A stretch of DNA of 64,000 bases from a virus. Lineage: Duplodnaviria; Heunggongvirae; Uroviricota; Caudoviricetes. Position numbers and translations under genes: made by a program. Location: positions 26,827-90,826 of IMG/VR virus record IMGVR_UViG_3300022719_000284, one strand, 5' to 3'. The notes under the pieces were generated by a model. The model was not told the origin of the DNA and did no database searches. It saw only the letters and a program-made list of their open reading frames with translations. Of this stretch, positions 45,919 to 56,442 are shown one piece after another (positions within the stretch are counted from its first letter, which is position 1; every line of letters begins with the position of its first letter).

Positions 45919-47788
45919 TTTGAATACAGAACAGCAACAAGCTGTTGATCATTTTAAAGGTCCATGCTTGGTTACTGCTGTTCCCGGATCTGGGAAAACA
46001 AGCACTTTAACCTCTAGAGTAATTAAGCTAATAGAAAAAGGTGTCTCCCCTAGAGCTATTTGTTGTATTACCTTTACCAACAAAGCTGCCCAAGAGATGA
46101 AAGAAAGAGTACGGACATTAGATCCTAATGCCCGTAAGGTTTGGGTCAGCACTTTCCACAGACTGTGTGTGCGGATCCTGCGCAAGTATGGAACGGAAGT
46201 TGGCCTGAAAGAAGGATTTTCAATCTACGACGATGAGGACTCCAATGGAGTTATGACTAAAGTTCATCGTATGTGGGCCGCTACACGAGAAGAAAACTCT
46301 ACCCTTGAGCCCCATCTTCGCAGATTGCTATTGTCCAGAGTTGACGATCTGAGAGAATCTGCTAAACCTTTCGATTTGGACAATGAGGATGAACGTCTAA
46401 GTATGTATCTGAGTGAGCTGAAAACGGCTAACGCAGTCGATTTTAGTGGTATGCTACACCTGACATGGAAAATACTTTCTAAGAACCCAGAGATTTGTGC
46501 TAATCTAACCAAGCGATTTCAATTCGTTCTAGTGGATGAGGCTCAGGACACCAACGATATACAGTATGCAATTGCTAGACTAATCGCGTCCCATGGGAAT
46601 ATCTTCATGGTAGGGGATTACCAACAAAGTGTATACTCATTTAGGGGAGCTAATCCCGAAAATCTGAACAAATTCCTAACGGATTATCCGACTGCCAAGA
46701 ATATTGTACTCCCTAGGAATTATAGATCGCGATCAGAAATACTAGAAAAAGCTAGGAACGTTATCGTCCACAACGATGATGCAGCTAATGTGCAGTTAGT
46801 ATCCGAACGTGGTGCCGGTGGTTCTGTGCATATAGATTCATATGATACGGAGTGGGAGGAAACTGAGAACGTCGTTCACTTAATGAGGGATTATCATAAC
46901 CAGGGTTACAAGTGGAGCGATATAGCGGTTATTTACCGCCTCAACAAGCTGTCGCAAGCATTTGAGATTGGTCTTTCCCAGGCTGGTATTCCGTATCAGA
47001 CACGAGGTGGGCAGAGTTTCTTTTCCCGGAGGGAAATCAAAACTTCTCTGGCGTACCTAAGACTTTTGACGAATCCTTCTGACAGTACGGCCTTTGCTCA
47101 GGCTATTAGTAATCCTAAACGAGGAATTGGAGATAGCCTGATAGGAAAGATCGATATTCTAGCGAGAGATGAAGATATTTCGGTGTCCGAAGCAGCAGCC
47201 AGAGTAAAGGCTAGGACGAAGATCGCTCGTAGCGGCCTAGATGAGTTTCTGGCTCTCTTGGATCGGAAGAGAGCAGATTTGCGTACTGACCGCAGTCTTA
47301 TGGTTATTGCGGATGAATTGATGAAAGAGAGCGGATACCATGCACAGCTTTGTCAAGATGTAGAAGACGAGAAGGAAGGTCCCCGCAGTCTAATGAGGCT
47401 AGAGAATATGGAAAAGTTTGTAGAGGGGATTGGAGATTTTGAAGAAGGGGGCTCCAAACCAACCCTAGAGAAGTTTTTGCAACAAATTGCTTTAGTGCAG
47501 GATGGGGACAACAAAAATCCAGACTCTGTATCACTTTTGACAATGCACGCAGCTAAGGGGTTAGAATTTCCCGTAGTTTTTGTTGTGGGAGCTAATCATG
47601 AAATTGTACCTCACATAAAGAGTGTAGAGGAAAATAGGGAACCCGAAGAAAGGCGACTATTTTATGTCGCGTTAACTAGAGCTAAGGATCAATTGCGCAT
47701 AAGCTTCCCTATAATGAGGAGGAAGTGGAACAGAATGATTGAAATGGGGCCAAGCCCTTATCTTCGTGATATGTTAGATATAGAGTGA
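45893..47788 (+). CDS. uvrD: UvrD/PcrA superfamily 1 helicase
   Basis: AVPGSGKT, TFTNKAAQEM, VDEAQDTN, GDYQQSVYSFRGA, NYRS, TMHAAKGLEF, EERRLFYVALTRA. Confidence 0.95.
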   Translation: MDMISSSVNLNTEQQQAVDHFKGPCLVTAVPGSGKTSTLTSRVIKLIEKGVSPRAICCITFTNKAAQEMKERVRTLDPNARKVWVSTFHRLCVRILRKYGTEVGLKEGFSIYDDEDSNGVMTKVHRMWAATREENSTLEPHLRRLLLSRVDDLRESAKPFDLDNEDERLSMYLSELKTANAVDFSGMLHLTWKILSKNPEICANLTKRFQFVLVDEAQDTNDIQYAIARLIASHGNIFMVGDYQQSVYSFRGANPENLNKFLTDYPTAKNIVLPRNYRSRSEILEKARNVIVHNDDAANVQLVSERGAGGSVHIDSYDTEWEETENVVHLMRDYHNQGYKWSDIAVIYRLNKLSQAFEIGLSQAGIPYQTRGGQSFFSRREIKTSLAYLRLLTNPSDSTAFAQAISNPKRGIGDSLIGKIDILARDEDISVSEAAARVKARTKIARSGLDEFLALLDRKRADLRTDRSLMVIADELMKESGYHAQLCQDVEDEKEGPRSLMRLENMEKFVEGIGDFEEGGSKPTLEKFLQQIALVQDGDNKNPDSVSLLTMHAAKGLEFPVVFVVGANHEIVPHIKSVEENREPEERRLFYVALTRAKDQLRISFPIMRRKWNRMIEMGPSPYLRDMLDIE

Positions 47789-47866
47789 AAGTTGTAGTAC
47801 CTATGATTGTAGATTAGTAAATTATTGTTTTCTCACAAGAACTAAGGTACTAGGAGATTCAGTTAA

Positions 47867-48445
47867 ATGCAGTGGAAAAAAATGCTAATCGTTGATATTG
47901 AATGTACTTGTTTTCGTGATAGTGATGAGGATAAGCCTGAAAAATGGACTGTTAATACACATCAAGAAATTATTGAAATTGGTTGCACTCTAGTAAACCT
48001 TCCAGAACGTCAAATAGAATGTGTTAAATCGTTTTTAGTTAGGCCGGAAGGTCCAATGGGGGAATTTTGCACAGAATTAACTACCTTAACATTTTCTGAT
48101 GTTAAAAATTCTCCCCCTCTGCGCTTTGCTTTAGAGGATTTGAAAAAATGGAGCAAAGATAACAAGTTTGACATCGGACAAATGCCTTGGGCATCTTGGG
48201 GAGACTATGATAGAGTTCAGTTTTTCCGGGAATGTGCTCGTAAGGGGATTAATTATCCGTTTGGGAGATCTCACTTCAATGTGAAAGGTCTATTCTCTAT
48301 AATGACAGGTCGTAAAAAAGGATTTTCTGTTGGAGATGCTTCTGAGATCATAGGAAGACCTTTTGTTGGAACACTCCATCGGGGAGTAGACGATGCCAAA
48401 AATATCGCAGAAATATTTCTTCACCTCTTAAGAGGATGTCGATGA
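47867..48445 (+). CDS. DEDDh 3'-5' exonuclease (ERI-1/KapD-like)
   Basis: IVDIECT, EIIEIG, SWGDYD, HRGVDDA. Confidence 0.88.
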   Translation: MQWKKMLIVDIECTCFRDSDEDKPEKWTVNTHQEIIEIGCTLVNLPERQIECVKSFLVRPEGPMGEFCTELTTLTFSDVKNSPPLRFALEDLKKWSKDNKFDIGQMPWASWGDYDRVQFFRECARKGINYPFGRSHFNVKGLFSIMTGRKKGFSVGDASEIIGRPFVGTLHRGVDDAKNIAEIFLHLLRGCR

Positions 48446-49557
48446 ATATAGTAATTGAAACCGAATCCTATTTGAAGGCTATAGACACGTTATCAAGACT
48501 CATAGGCTCTGAAGTAGATTGTGCTCTAAGGGTCAAAGAAGGTAAAATTATACTAGAATCATCAAATGATGAAGCTTGGATTCAAGTTCCCTTAAAATCT
48601 GAATCTATAAACGGAGAAGGTAAAGTTTTTACTAAGCTTCAATATCTAAAGGTTATAAGACCTAACCTTAAAACCAAGACTATAGAAATGCTATTTAACG
48701 GAGAAGATCACATAAGTGTCAAGTGGGGTAGAGTAAAAGGAGTTATTAGATTAATAGATGAAGAAGACGCCATAATACAAAGGCCAGAATCTCCAGTCAA
48801 AATTAGCGCTATGGTGCCTGAAAAAATGGTTCGCTTTGCAACAGGGGCTACAGCTTTTAAGCCTCTTTTGGATTCTAGCAGCCCAGACGCAATAATAGAA
48901 ATAAATAACAAAGAATTCAACATTAGCTCCTATGACAACTATATCGGTACTCATTACGGAACTACGGACGAGCAAATTAAAACAAAAGATCAATTTGATC
49001 TACTAGTAGAGATGAATTATTGGCGCTCTATTGTCTCTAGAATGGGTGCAGATGAAACTATAAAAATTGGGGCAGATGAACACAACTTTAGAATAAAAAC
49101 TAAAAATTTTGATCTCTACCACGCTGTGATCCAAGAAGACACTCAGGACGTAAAGGAGGTGATTACAACTATTCGTTCCGAGAGTGATGTTCGCGCCGTG
49201 GTAGAGTTCGATGGCAATGCGGTAACTGAAGCTATAGATGCCGCTAAGGGAATTATAAGGTCCGCAGAAAAGAACGAGTCTTGTTTTTACTTGACTTTTA
49301 AACCTAACGGAACAGCCATACTATTTGCTGAGAGTGAGACTGGAGAAATGGAAACAGAATTCGATATATATGGTTTTGATGGTGATGAGGAGGTTGAATT
49401 TAAAGTAAGTTCCCACGTATTTGCGGATACATTAAAGCTAACTCGGGATGAGGCTTTAAAGTACGGTCCCGTCAAAATGACTGTCACAGGAGAATACGTA
49501 ATTCTTGAAAGTCTCAAGGTTCCTGCGTCTTCTCTGGCTCCTGTTTTGGGGGATTAA
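48436..49557 (+). CDS. dnaN: DNA polymerase III beta sliding clamp-like protein
   Basis: ~370 aa, three-domain beta/alpha periodicity, ISSYDNYIG (cf. ATDG), replisome context; the assignment rests on size, pattern and context. Confidence 0.6.
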   Translation: MSMNIVIETESYLKAIDTLSRLIGSEVDCALRVKEGKIILESSNDEAWIQVPLKSESINGEGKVFTKLQYLKVIRPNLKTKTIEMLFNGEDHISVKWGRVKGVIRLIDEEDAIIQRPESPVKISAMVPEKMVRFATGATAFKPLLDSSSPDAIIEINNKEFNISSYDNYIGTHYGTTDEQIKTKDQFDLLVEMNYWRSIVSRMGADETIKIGADEHNFRIKTKNFDLYHAVIQEDTQDVKEVITTIRSESDVRAVVEFDGNAVTEAIDAAKGIIRSAEKNESCFYLTFKPNGTAILFAESETGEMETEFDIYGFDGDEEVEFKVSSHVFADTLKLTRDEALKYGPVKMTVTGEYVILESLKVPASSLAPVLGD

Positions 49558-49934
49558 TGTCCAAAATAGATTGGAATGTCTATCCAATAGGAATTATTTT
49601 AAAATCTAAAAGAAATAGCTACATACTGAGAACCAAGAAAATTGTATCTGATTCAGAACCAGATAGTGAAAAGATTTTTTCGGATAGTTTGATTACTATT
49701 ACGGGTTTCTACAACAGAAAAGGTATGGTCATAGGCTACGAGATAAACTACAAAAATAGCCCCACTATTCTGGAAGATAGCTTTTATTTAGTCCTTAATT
49801 ATGTTAACAAGGGTGATTATCCTAAAGAGTTAATGTATCCAAAGTTATATTCCAAAGATTCTTCCATAAATCTAGTAAAATTTGGAAAGAGCTTAGCTAA
49901 TAGAATGTACATATTCATTTACCGGAGAAAATAG
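49557..49934 (+). CDS. Hypothetical protein
   Basis: 125 aa, TAATG coupling. Confidence 0.55.
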   Translation: MSKIDWNVYPIGIILKSKRNSYILRTKKIVSDSEPDSEKIFSDSLITITGFYNRKGMVIGYEINYKNSPTILEDSFYLVLNYVNKGDYPKELMYPKLYSKDSSINLVKFGKSLANRMYIFIYRRK

Positions 49935-50483
49935 ATGGCTGATGCTGAGAATATATTTTCAGAAACTCAGGGAGACACTAAAGTAAAAAAGTACAACGAT
50001 AGAGCTAGATTACAGAAATTTAGTGTTGATAAATCCTTGCAGAAGGAAATACAAAAATTCGTTATATTTGCAAATGCTACTCGAAAAGCATTTGAGCCAA
50101 ACTCTCCTGAGGATCTAAGAAGCTTGATTGACTCTATGGAGCAAACTCAAGCTTATAGGGACAGATTAACATTAATCTCTATACAGGCTTCGATAGCCAT
50201 AGACGAGTTAGAAATTCTTCTAAAATCAGGAGAAGCATATTTGTTCACTGAATATCCTCACTTAATGAAAAAGTGCGGCAATAAGGAAACAAGAGAAGCT
50301 GCTGTTACATTTGTATATGGGCCAATAGTTAGAGCCTTAGCTCAATGGAAAAGCTTAAGAAGCATAGCCGAAACTGCACACGTAAACCTCAACAACACCT
50401 ATTTTGCTCTAAGAGAAATTGGAGAAAACGGTAGAACTATCTTAGAAAACAGAAAGGTTAGGAGGTCTTTCGATGCCGCGTAG
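49935..50483 (+). CDS. Hypothetical helical protein
   Basis: 182 aa, GGAG RBS. Confidence 0.65.
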   Translation: MADAENIFSETQGDTKVKKYNDRARLQKFSVDKSLQKEIQKFVIFANATRKAFEPNSPEDLRSLIDSMEQTQAYRDRLTLISIQASIAIDELEILLKSGEAYLFTEYPHLMKKCGNKETREAAVTFVYGPIVRALAQWKSLRSIAETAHVNLNNTYFALREIGENGRTILENRKVRRSFDAA

Positions 50484-51036
50484 GTTTCTAGGAACTGTTC
50501 ATGGCAAATCAACAGATGTTAAATCTTTAAGAGATAAAATTATCAATGAAGCCAAAGACAAGTTAGACAGGTTGGAAGAAGAGGAAGAAGAAGAAGAAGT
50601 ATCAAGACAAAACGACCAATCGGATGGAAACTCTAGAGAAGGGCTTCCCGTAATGGCAGAATCTGTGTATACAGAAGAAGGGAAGGTGAAAAGAAATCAC
50701 AAAATCTATATTAATTACTTTAGGTGCTTGGATGATATAATTTCTGATTCTTACGAGAAACAAAAAGCTTCTTATGAAATAGTCAGAGCAGTAACCCAGC
50801 TATTCGAGTCCCGAGGCCAAGATGTCCCTTTTGATGAAGTACGATTCGAGCGAGCGGCTAAGAACCTAGCCATGTGTCAAATGATGAGAGAAATGTCTTG
50901 GTTGTTTGGGTTAAGCCCGGCTCATACTGATCGTATCGTTGACCACACAATAGATCGTCTTTTTGGTAATCCAAAAGTTTCATTACCTCCAACATCTAAA
51001 AACGAAAACAGCAATCCGTATAAAAGGAAAGAATAA
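50473..51036 (+). CDS. Hypothetical protein
   Basis: 187 aa with a poly-Glu tract. Confidence 0.65.
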   Translation: MPRRFLGTVHGKSTDVKSLRDKIINEAKDKLDRLEEEEEEEEVSRQNDQSDGNSREGLPVMAESVYTEEGKVKRNHKIYINYFRCLDDIISDSYEKQKASYEIVRAVTQLFESRGQDVPFDEVRFERAAKNLAMCQMMREMSWLFGLSPAHTDRIVDHTIDRLFGNPKVSLPPTSKNENSNPYKRKE

Positions 51037-51569
51037 TGTTTATTTTCCTACACTACAGTGGAGGAGAACCCAGGTGGGCCTCTGAACTGGTAAAAGCAGG
51101 TTTCCCTGTATACAGCCCTGCCAGACCAATAAAGGATCAATTAGCTAGATTAGAACCAGTTTTAGAGGGGGTAAAGCCCAATGTGAATGCATATGAGTAT
51201 GCGGATGCTTTTAAGCTTGGGAAAGAAATATGGAAACCTATATCCCAAGTCAAGCAAGTTCTAGTAGATGCCGATAAATTTGTAAGCACAGAACACTGTA
51301 TATGGCGAGATCAATGGCTATTGAGCAGATCTGATATTCTCTTAACAGAAAACGGAGCTAGCCTGGATATACCAGTTTTGGCTTACTTGTTGGACATAAG
51401 AACTGTCTCTATCTCATTTATACCTACTTGGATAAGCCCTTGGCTGGCGAAAGCTTCTCAAATTACCATAAATAACCCACAAAGTGTGGAAGAAATAATT
51501 TCTGTTTTGAACGCAATAGGAAGCACAGAAGAAAAGAAAGAACCAGCTCCTGATGCTACAGAAAATTAG
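51036..51569 (+). CDS. Hypothetical protein, possibly nucleoside deoxyribosyltransferase-like fold lacking the catalytic Glu
   Basis: VYSP...RDQWLLSRSDILL...AYLLDIRTV pattern. Confidence 0.4.
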   Translation: MFIFLHYSGGEPRWASELVKAGFPVYSPARPIKDQLARLEPVLEGVKPNVNAYEYADAFKLGKEIWKPISQVKQVLVDADKFVSTEHCIWRDQWLLSRSDILLTENGASLDIPVLAYLLDIRTVSISFIPTWISPWLAKASQITINNPQSVEEIISVLNAIGSTEEKKEPAPDATEN

Positions 51570-51614
51570 ATTATATTCTTAGAAGAAGAATTATCAGCAG
51601 CATCAGGAACATAA

Positions 51615-54600
51615 ATGTCTAAGAGACCAACCCAGAAGACTGGCAATAGAGAGGTTAGCAGTTTAACCAATCTAGAGGGCGTGCAGCCAGTCGATCCCAA
51701 AGGCGCCGAAGTTCTTCCCCAGGGGAATAATCCCAATGAAAAGGGGTTAATTATCTCCACACCTGGGGGCACTGTGGTACGGGCCACTCACCCGGGCCGT
51801 GTCAGTAAAATAGAAAAGCAAGCTGACAGCACTATAGTGGTTGAAGTTGTTGCTACTAAAAGTGTTCTTAATCTACAGACAAGAAGAGATGCCCCCTTCA
51901 CCAGATATTCCGGTCTAGGAAACACAGAAGTAGCATTAGGGCAAGTTATTGGGGCAGGTCAACAGATAGGCGCTGTTGCATTTATTTCTAATCGTGAAGC
52001 AGGAGGAGGAACTGGTCTCAAATATCAGGTGTTTGCGAACGGCTCGGGGACCAAAGCATCGGAAAGATTTCCCTCTAGTGAAGAGGGAAAGTCTATAATC
52101 AGAAAAGCACAGCCTGACGGACAAGTTCCCAACCCAGAAATACGGAGTAAAGAAGCTCCTCCTGAGGCAGCAGACGGAGACGCCCCTCTCAACCCAAGAG
52201 CGGGGGATCAAGCAACATTAGATAATGTTGGACCAACTAATGCCCCATACGTAACTAGACCACAAGTTAAGTTCTTGGAGCAAAAAAATCAAGTTTTTTC
52301 TCACGATTTTCTTGTTTTCATTAACGGAGTTGATGTAACTCAATATGTTACTGGAACACTGTCTATAAACTTGGTTGATCGAGACGGGTGGAACGAAGCT
52401 AACCTTACTCTCAATAATGCTTCCAACAATTTTGTAATAACTCTAGAAAACATAGGTATAAACGGAGATCTAAAAGGAAAATTCAGAACTCAAGATATCC
52501 CAGGTGAGGAAAAATATAGCGAAAGAGCGAAAAAGCAAATAATTGAGTATAAAAATGACCAAGGTAGGAACCCTTTTGTGGATGTATCTACGATGGGGTT
52601 AATACAAGCAGGAACTACCACTGGAGTAGAGAATGTAGCCCCCCTTGGGAGACAGGAGGAACTAGCTAGCCAACAACCAAATTCTGTATCTGATTCCGCC
52701 ATAGCCACTAGAAGAGATAGGGGACGAGATAAGGCCACTACTTCTAGCGACGGAGCTGTGGACAGAAGATGGCAGCTAGGGTTTCAATCAACAGTATTTC
52801 ATAAACACGACCCCATTAGAATATTTAGGAAAAATCCTATTAGGGAAACTAACGAGTGGATGCCTGCGTTTGCTGGATATTTAAACCAGATCAGTTACGA
52901 TACGAACTATGTAAACGGATTATCAACCGTGAAAATATCGTGCTACGATATTCGGGCTTTAGCTCAAAAAATGAGAGTTCAAACAACGGCCATAACTGGA
53001 ATTACCAACCCAAGGGCCATTTTCAGGGGTAGAGAAGAAGCAGGAAGCCAATCCCTTTTTACAGATTTACTAGATCCAACAATTGTTGGTTCTCCGCTAG
53101 CCGGGAAAAGATTTGAAGATGTTATGGAGTTTCTTATTACAGGTTCCACGACATCAGATAGCAATATAAACGATGCTTTTGGGGAGTCTAAATTCAAAAG
53201 AGGGATAGGAGATTTTACCGTAGGGGATAAGATATTCCATTCTCCCGGAGATTCTGATGCTGGGATATCCCCGGATCCTTTGGAACATTGGCATGCTCTA
53301 TGTTTGTTTGGGATGGACGGACAAACAGTTAGGAGAGGAGACCAAACAGTTAATGTTACAGGGGGGTCAGCTAAGCGAACTCTAAACGCTGAAATGAACA
53401 GAAGATGGTTAACTCGCGATGAAGCTGTTAACATAGGTAAGAATACAACACATGACGGAGTATGGTCCCCCCACAAACAATTTGTTCATTTGTTATTGCC
53501 TGCTGCTGGAACTGGTGCCAAAAATCTAATAGACTTTGATGCTGCAAATGTCAACAGTAACCAGTTAGATTTTCGATCTAGGTTGGATATAATGCAAGAC
53601 TTTTGCAATAGAATTGATTATCAATTTTGGGTTACACCTATAGGGGATATAGTTATAGAGTTCCCTATGTATGATTTTCTACCAGAAGATTATCAAGAAT
53701 ACAAAACAGTATTTCAAGTAGATAAGCATCTTCGTAGCGATAATATTCAAGACGAAGCAGGGGAAATGGTTACTGCGATTATTGCTAACGGACGTATCAG
53801 AGCAGAAAGAGATGCTAATGTGGGAGCAGCACAGTTTCAGCCCAAAGCTGTGGTTGTGTCTCCTATGATGATGATGAGATATGGAGTTATAGAGCACGAT
53901 CTTACTCTACCATTCATAACCAATCCAGATTCCTTGGCTAGGATAGCACAGATAGAGTTCCAAAAGAAACTTGCAGAATCCAATAAAATGGAAATAGAGT
54001 TCGATTATCGTCCATTTATTCTACCAAATCGACCCATAGAGCATATGGAACGAAAAAGAATGGGACTCACGACAGCAGTTAGAAACGATTTAATAGTCTT
54101 TAAGTCGGGAAGCACATCTATAACTACTAGATATGTTCGGAGGCAAACTTTTAGAAGAGATGGAAGTGTTGCTTATACCTTCATATTTAGTGGGAGTTCC
54201 ATGCCTATTTCCTACAGAGAAATATACGAACCTGGCACCATAAATCCAGTTAGTGCGCCAGCCGCAGGTGGTGTTAACCTTCGTGTTAACAGTTTAACTG
54301 CGGATCTGGAAAGCAATTCCGCCGCCCCGGTAACTGACCCAGTTATAACCCAGGCTACAATTGAAACTGCTTCTATAACCAAGCAAATAGGTTCCGCCGC
54401 TGCAAGTCCAACCCCTCCTTTAGAGCAAGTTGGAAGATTCATGGCTCTAGCTCAAGTTTCTAGTGGCTGGAATCCAGCTAACAGAGGGGAGGATGGAAGC
54501 TTCGGTTTGTTTGGACTTTCTAAAGGGTTGAGAGATTTCAGCAATATAGGTGATACAACAGACATTACCTCACAAGTAAATGTCGCCAATGACTATTTTC

Positions 54601-55028
54601 GTGGACTTGTATCAAAATACAAAGGAGATCTAAACATGGCTGTAGCTGAATTCAAGCTTGGAGCAGAAAAAGTTCGAAATGCCGATATAGTTGCTGAATT
54701 TCAAAGAGGTACCGGAGCTGTAATTAAAGAACTAGGAAAAAAATATGAAGAAATAGCCCAGCCACTTGTTGATGGATTTGATAAATTGTTTCCCGGAGAA
54801 AAAGAACCTCAGAACCTTATCAATGAAAACCTGGGAGAAGCCGCTAGAGCAGAACTAAAAGCCGTAGAAGAAGCTGGGCCACTACCGTCTTCAGCCGGGT
54901 TTCAAAATAATGTTGGAATATTAGTATTCGATAATAGAGAAAAACAAGCACGCAGAAGTACAGAAGCCTCTGCCCAACAAGTGCAGGCGAGTCAAAATCT
55001 ATTAAGAAGGTCTGGAAATAATGGCTAG
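51615..55028 (+). CDS. Baseplate hub / tail-associated protein with degenerate M23 peptidase (N-term) and degenerate lytic transglycosylase (C-term) domains
   Basis: TPGGTVVRATHPGRV...YSGL...GQVIGAGQQIG; central FLVFINGVDVTQYV and hub-like PFILPNRP; QVSSGWNP...FGLFGL...KYKGDLNMAVA. Confidence 0.7.
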   Translation: MSKRPTQKTGNREVSSLTNLEGVQPVDPKGAEVLPQGNNPNEKGLIISTPGGTVVRATHPGRVSKIEKQADSTIVVEVVATKSVLNLQTRRDAPFTRYSGLGNTEVALGQVIGAGQQIGAVAFISNREAGGGTGLKYQVFANGSGTKASERFPSSEEGKSIIRKAQPDGQVPNPEIRSKEAPPEAADGDAPLNPRAGDQATLDNVGPTNAPYVTRPQVKFLEQKNQVFSHDFLVFINGVDVTQYVTGTLSINLVDRDGWNEANLTLNNASNNFVITLENIGINGDLKGKFRTQDIPGEEKYSERAKKQIIEYKNDQGRNPFVDVSTMGLIQAGTTTGVENVAPLGRQEELASQQPNSVSDSAIATRRDRGRDKATTSSDGAVDRRWQLGFQSTVFHKHDPIRIFRKNPIRETNEWMPAFAGYLNQISYDTNYVNGLSTVKISCYDIRALAQKMRVQTTAITGITNPRAIFRGREEAGSQSLFTDLLDPTIVGSPLAGKRFEDVMEFLITGSTTSDSNINDAFGESKFKRGIGDFTVGDKIFHSPGDSDAGISPDPLEHWHALCLFGMDGQTVRRGDQTVNVTGGSAKRTLNAEMNRRWLTRDEAVNIGKNTTHDGVWSPHKQFVHLLLPAAGTGAKNLIDFDAANVNSNQLDFRSRLDIMQDFCNRIDYQFWVTPIGDIVIEFPMYDFLPEDYQEYKTVFQVDKHLRSDNIQDEAGEMVTAIIANGRIRAERDANVGAAQFQPKAVVVSPMMMMRYGVIEHDLTLPFITNPDSLARIAQIEFQKKLAESNKMEIEFDYRPFILPNRPIEHMERKRMGLTTAVRNDLIVFKSGSTSITTRYVRRQTFRRDGSVAYTFIFSGSSMPISYREIYEPGTINPVSAPAAGGVNLRVNSLTADLESNSAAPVTDPVITQATIETASITKQIGSAAASPTPPLEQVGRFMALAQVSSGWNPANRGEDGSFGLFGLSKGLRDFSNIGDTTDITSQVNVANDYFRGLVSKYKGDLNMAVAEFKLGAEKVRNADIVAEFQRGTGAVIKELGKKYEEIAQPLVDGFDKLFPGEKEPQNLINENLGEAARAELKAVEEAGPLPSSAGFQNNVGILVFDNREKQARRSTEASAQQVQASQNLLRRSGNNG

Positions 55029-56442
55029 ATCAGCGGAAACAAAGACTCAGTTATTGAGGAAAGCCAAGCTTCAACATAAGGGGAAAATTCAGGGCCGTTA
55101 TGATCCTTATTTCGGATTCGTTCAATCTTATGCCGCTGATTCAGAAAATGTCTTAGTGGACAGCCACGGCGGTCGGCGCACCATGTTTTCTCCGCAGCCA
55201 CACCTTGGTCAAACAGCCTGGATGAGAGCCGCTCCGGAAGGAGGTATGGGCTCTCTTATGATTACTAGAAGCGATTCTGAAGAACCCGAGGTTATGAGAT
55301 GGTGGCACACAGATACAGCACAACGCTTACAGCTTTACAGATTAAGTGTAGAAAGTTTGTCCGGAGGGAGTGGAACTCCAGCCTCGGATGAAGCATTTCG
55401 CCCTATTGAAAGCGGGGAAATAGATATTCAATCTAGAGGGGGCGCGGCCATTTACATGGGAAGCCGTCCTCACATGGATATGAGAGCCGGAATTATTCGT
55501 CTTATAATGGACCAAGATGAAGCAGAGTTTGTGAGTAAAGCCCCCCTCCACATACGAAGAGGTCATAAAAACACAGAAAACGAAATACGAGACGAGGAAA
55601 GATTCGGCACAGTTAGGAGAATGAGAGCGGGTAGTTTTGTAGATAGATTTTTTCCGTCAGCGAATGGACAAGAAGGGAACAGAAGTAACGGGTTTGCCAA
55701 AGAATATTTGATGAAACTTTCCAATGGGTCTAACAATGCTCCATCTACTTTGTTTGATAGGCGATTTGGAAATGTAATAGATGACACAGGGAAACCCGTG
55801 ACGTTAGACGTGACAGGTTTGAATTTAAGAGTTCGTGAAGAGTATTTTACTGCATCTGAAACATCTTCATTGTATCAGTTAGATGAAAATGGAAATTTTA
55901 AGCTTGAATATCCATTAGAAGCTACTTACGGTGGGTTATTTATTCTCCCGTCTGGAACCATGAGAGCAAGAGTAGGGGTGGATTTTACTAGAGAAATTGG
56001 AAGAAATGAGACAATTTCTATTGGTATAGATAAAATTCAATCCATTGGTAATAATGATACAAAAATCGTAGGATCAAATAGGGCTCTTACTGTAAGAAAA
56101 AATGAAACCAAGAACGTAGAGACAAATTCGGATGAAACTGTAGGTGGAAATAAGACTATTAAGGTAGATGGGACAATCAAAATACAAGCAGGTGATAACA
56201 TAATCGGGTTAAGTTCTGTGGGATCGTCTGTTGAGACGCAAGTGTTGAGTATTGCAGCTACTCAGGAAATCATTTTCGAAGCCCCTAAAATCACATTTAA
56301 TACCCCCGAAGCCAGTTTTACAGGAATGGTAAAGTCTGAAGGACCTGTAGCAAGCAATAGTGCTGTTAATGCGCCAACTGTGGGGGCGGGAAGAGCAGGT
56401 GCCATAGTCCCAACTCCAGCTCTTAAAACGGATCCAATATAA
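55021..56442 (+). CDS. Baseplate central spike (gp5/VgrG-like)
   Basis: C-terminal ~8-residue beta-helix repeats (ETISIGID, TKIVGSN, DETVGGN, TIKVDG). Confidence 0.75.
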   Translation: MARSAETKTQLLRKAKLQHKGKIQGRYDPYFGFVQSYAADSENVLVDSHGGRRTMFSPQPHLGQTAWMRAAPEGGMGSLMITRSDSEEPEVMRWWHTDTAQRLQLYRLSVESLSGGSGTPASDEAFRPIESGEIDIQSRGGAAIYMGSRPHMDMRAGIIRLIMDQDEAEFVSKAPLHIRRGHKNTENEIRDEERFGTVRRMRAGSFVDRFFPSANGQEGNRSNGFAKEYLMKLSNGSNNAPSTLFDRRFGNVIDDTGKPVTLDVTGLNLRVREEYFTASETSSLYQLDENGNFKLEYPLEATYGGLFILPSGTMRARVGVDFTREIGRNETISIGIDKIQSIGNNDTKIVGSNRALTVRKNETKNVETNSDETVGGNKTIKVDGTIKIQAGDNIIGLSSVGSSVETQVLSIAATQEIIFEAPKITFNTPEASFTGMVKSEGPVASNSAVNAPTVGAGRAGAIVPTPALKTDPI

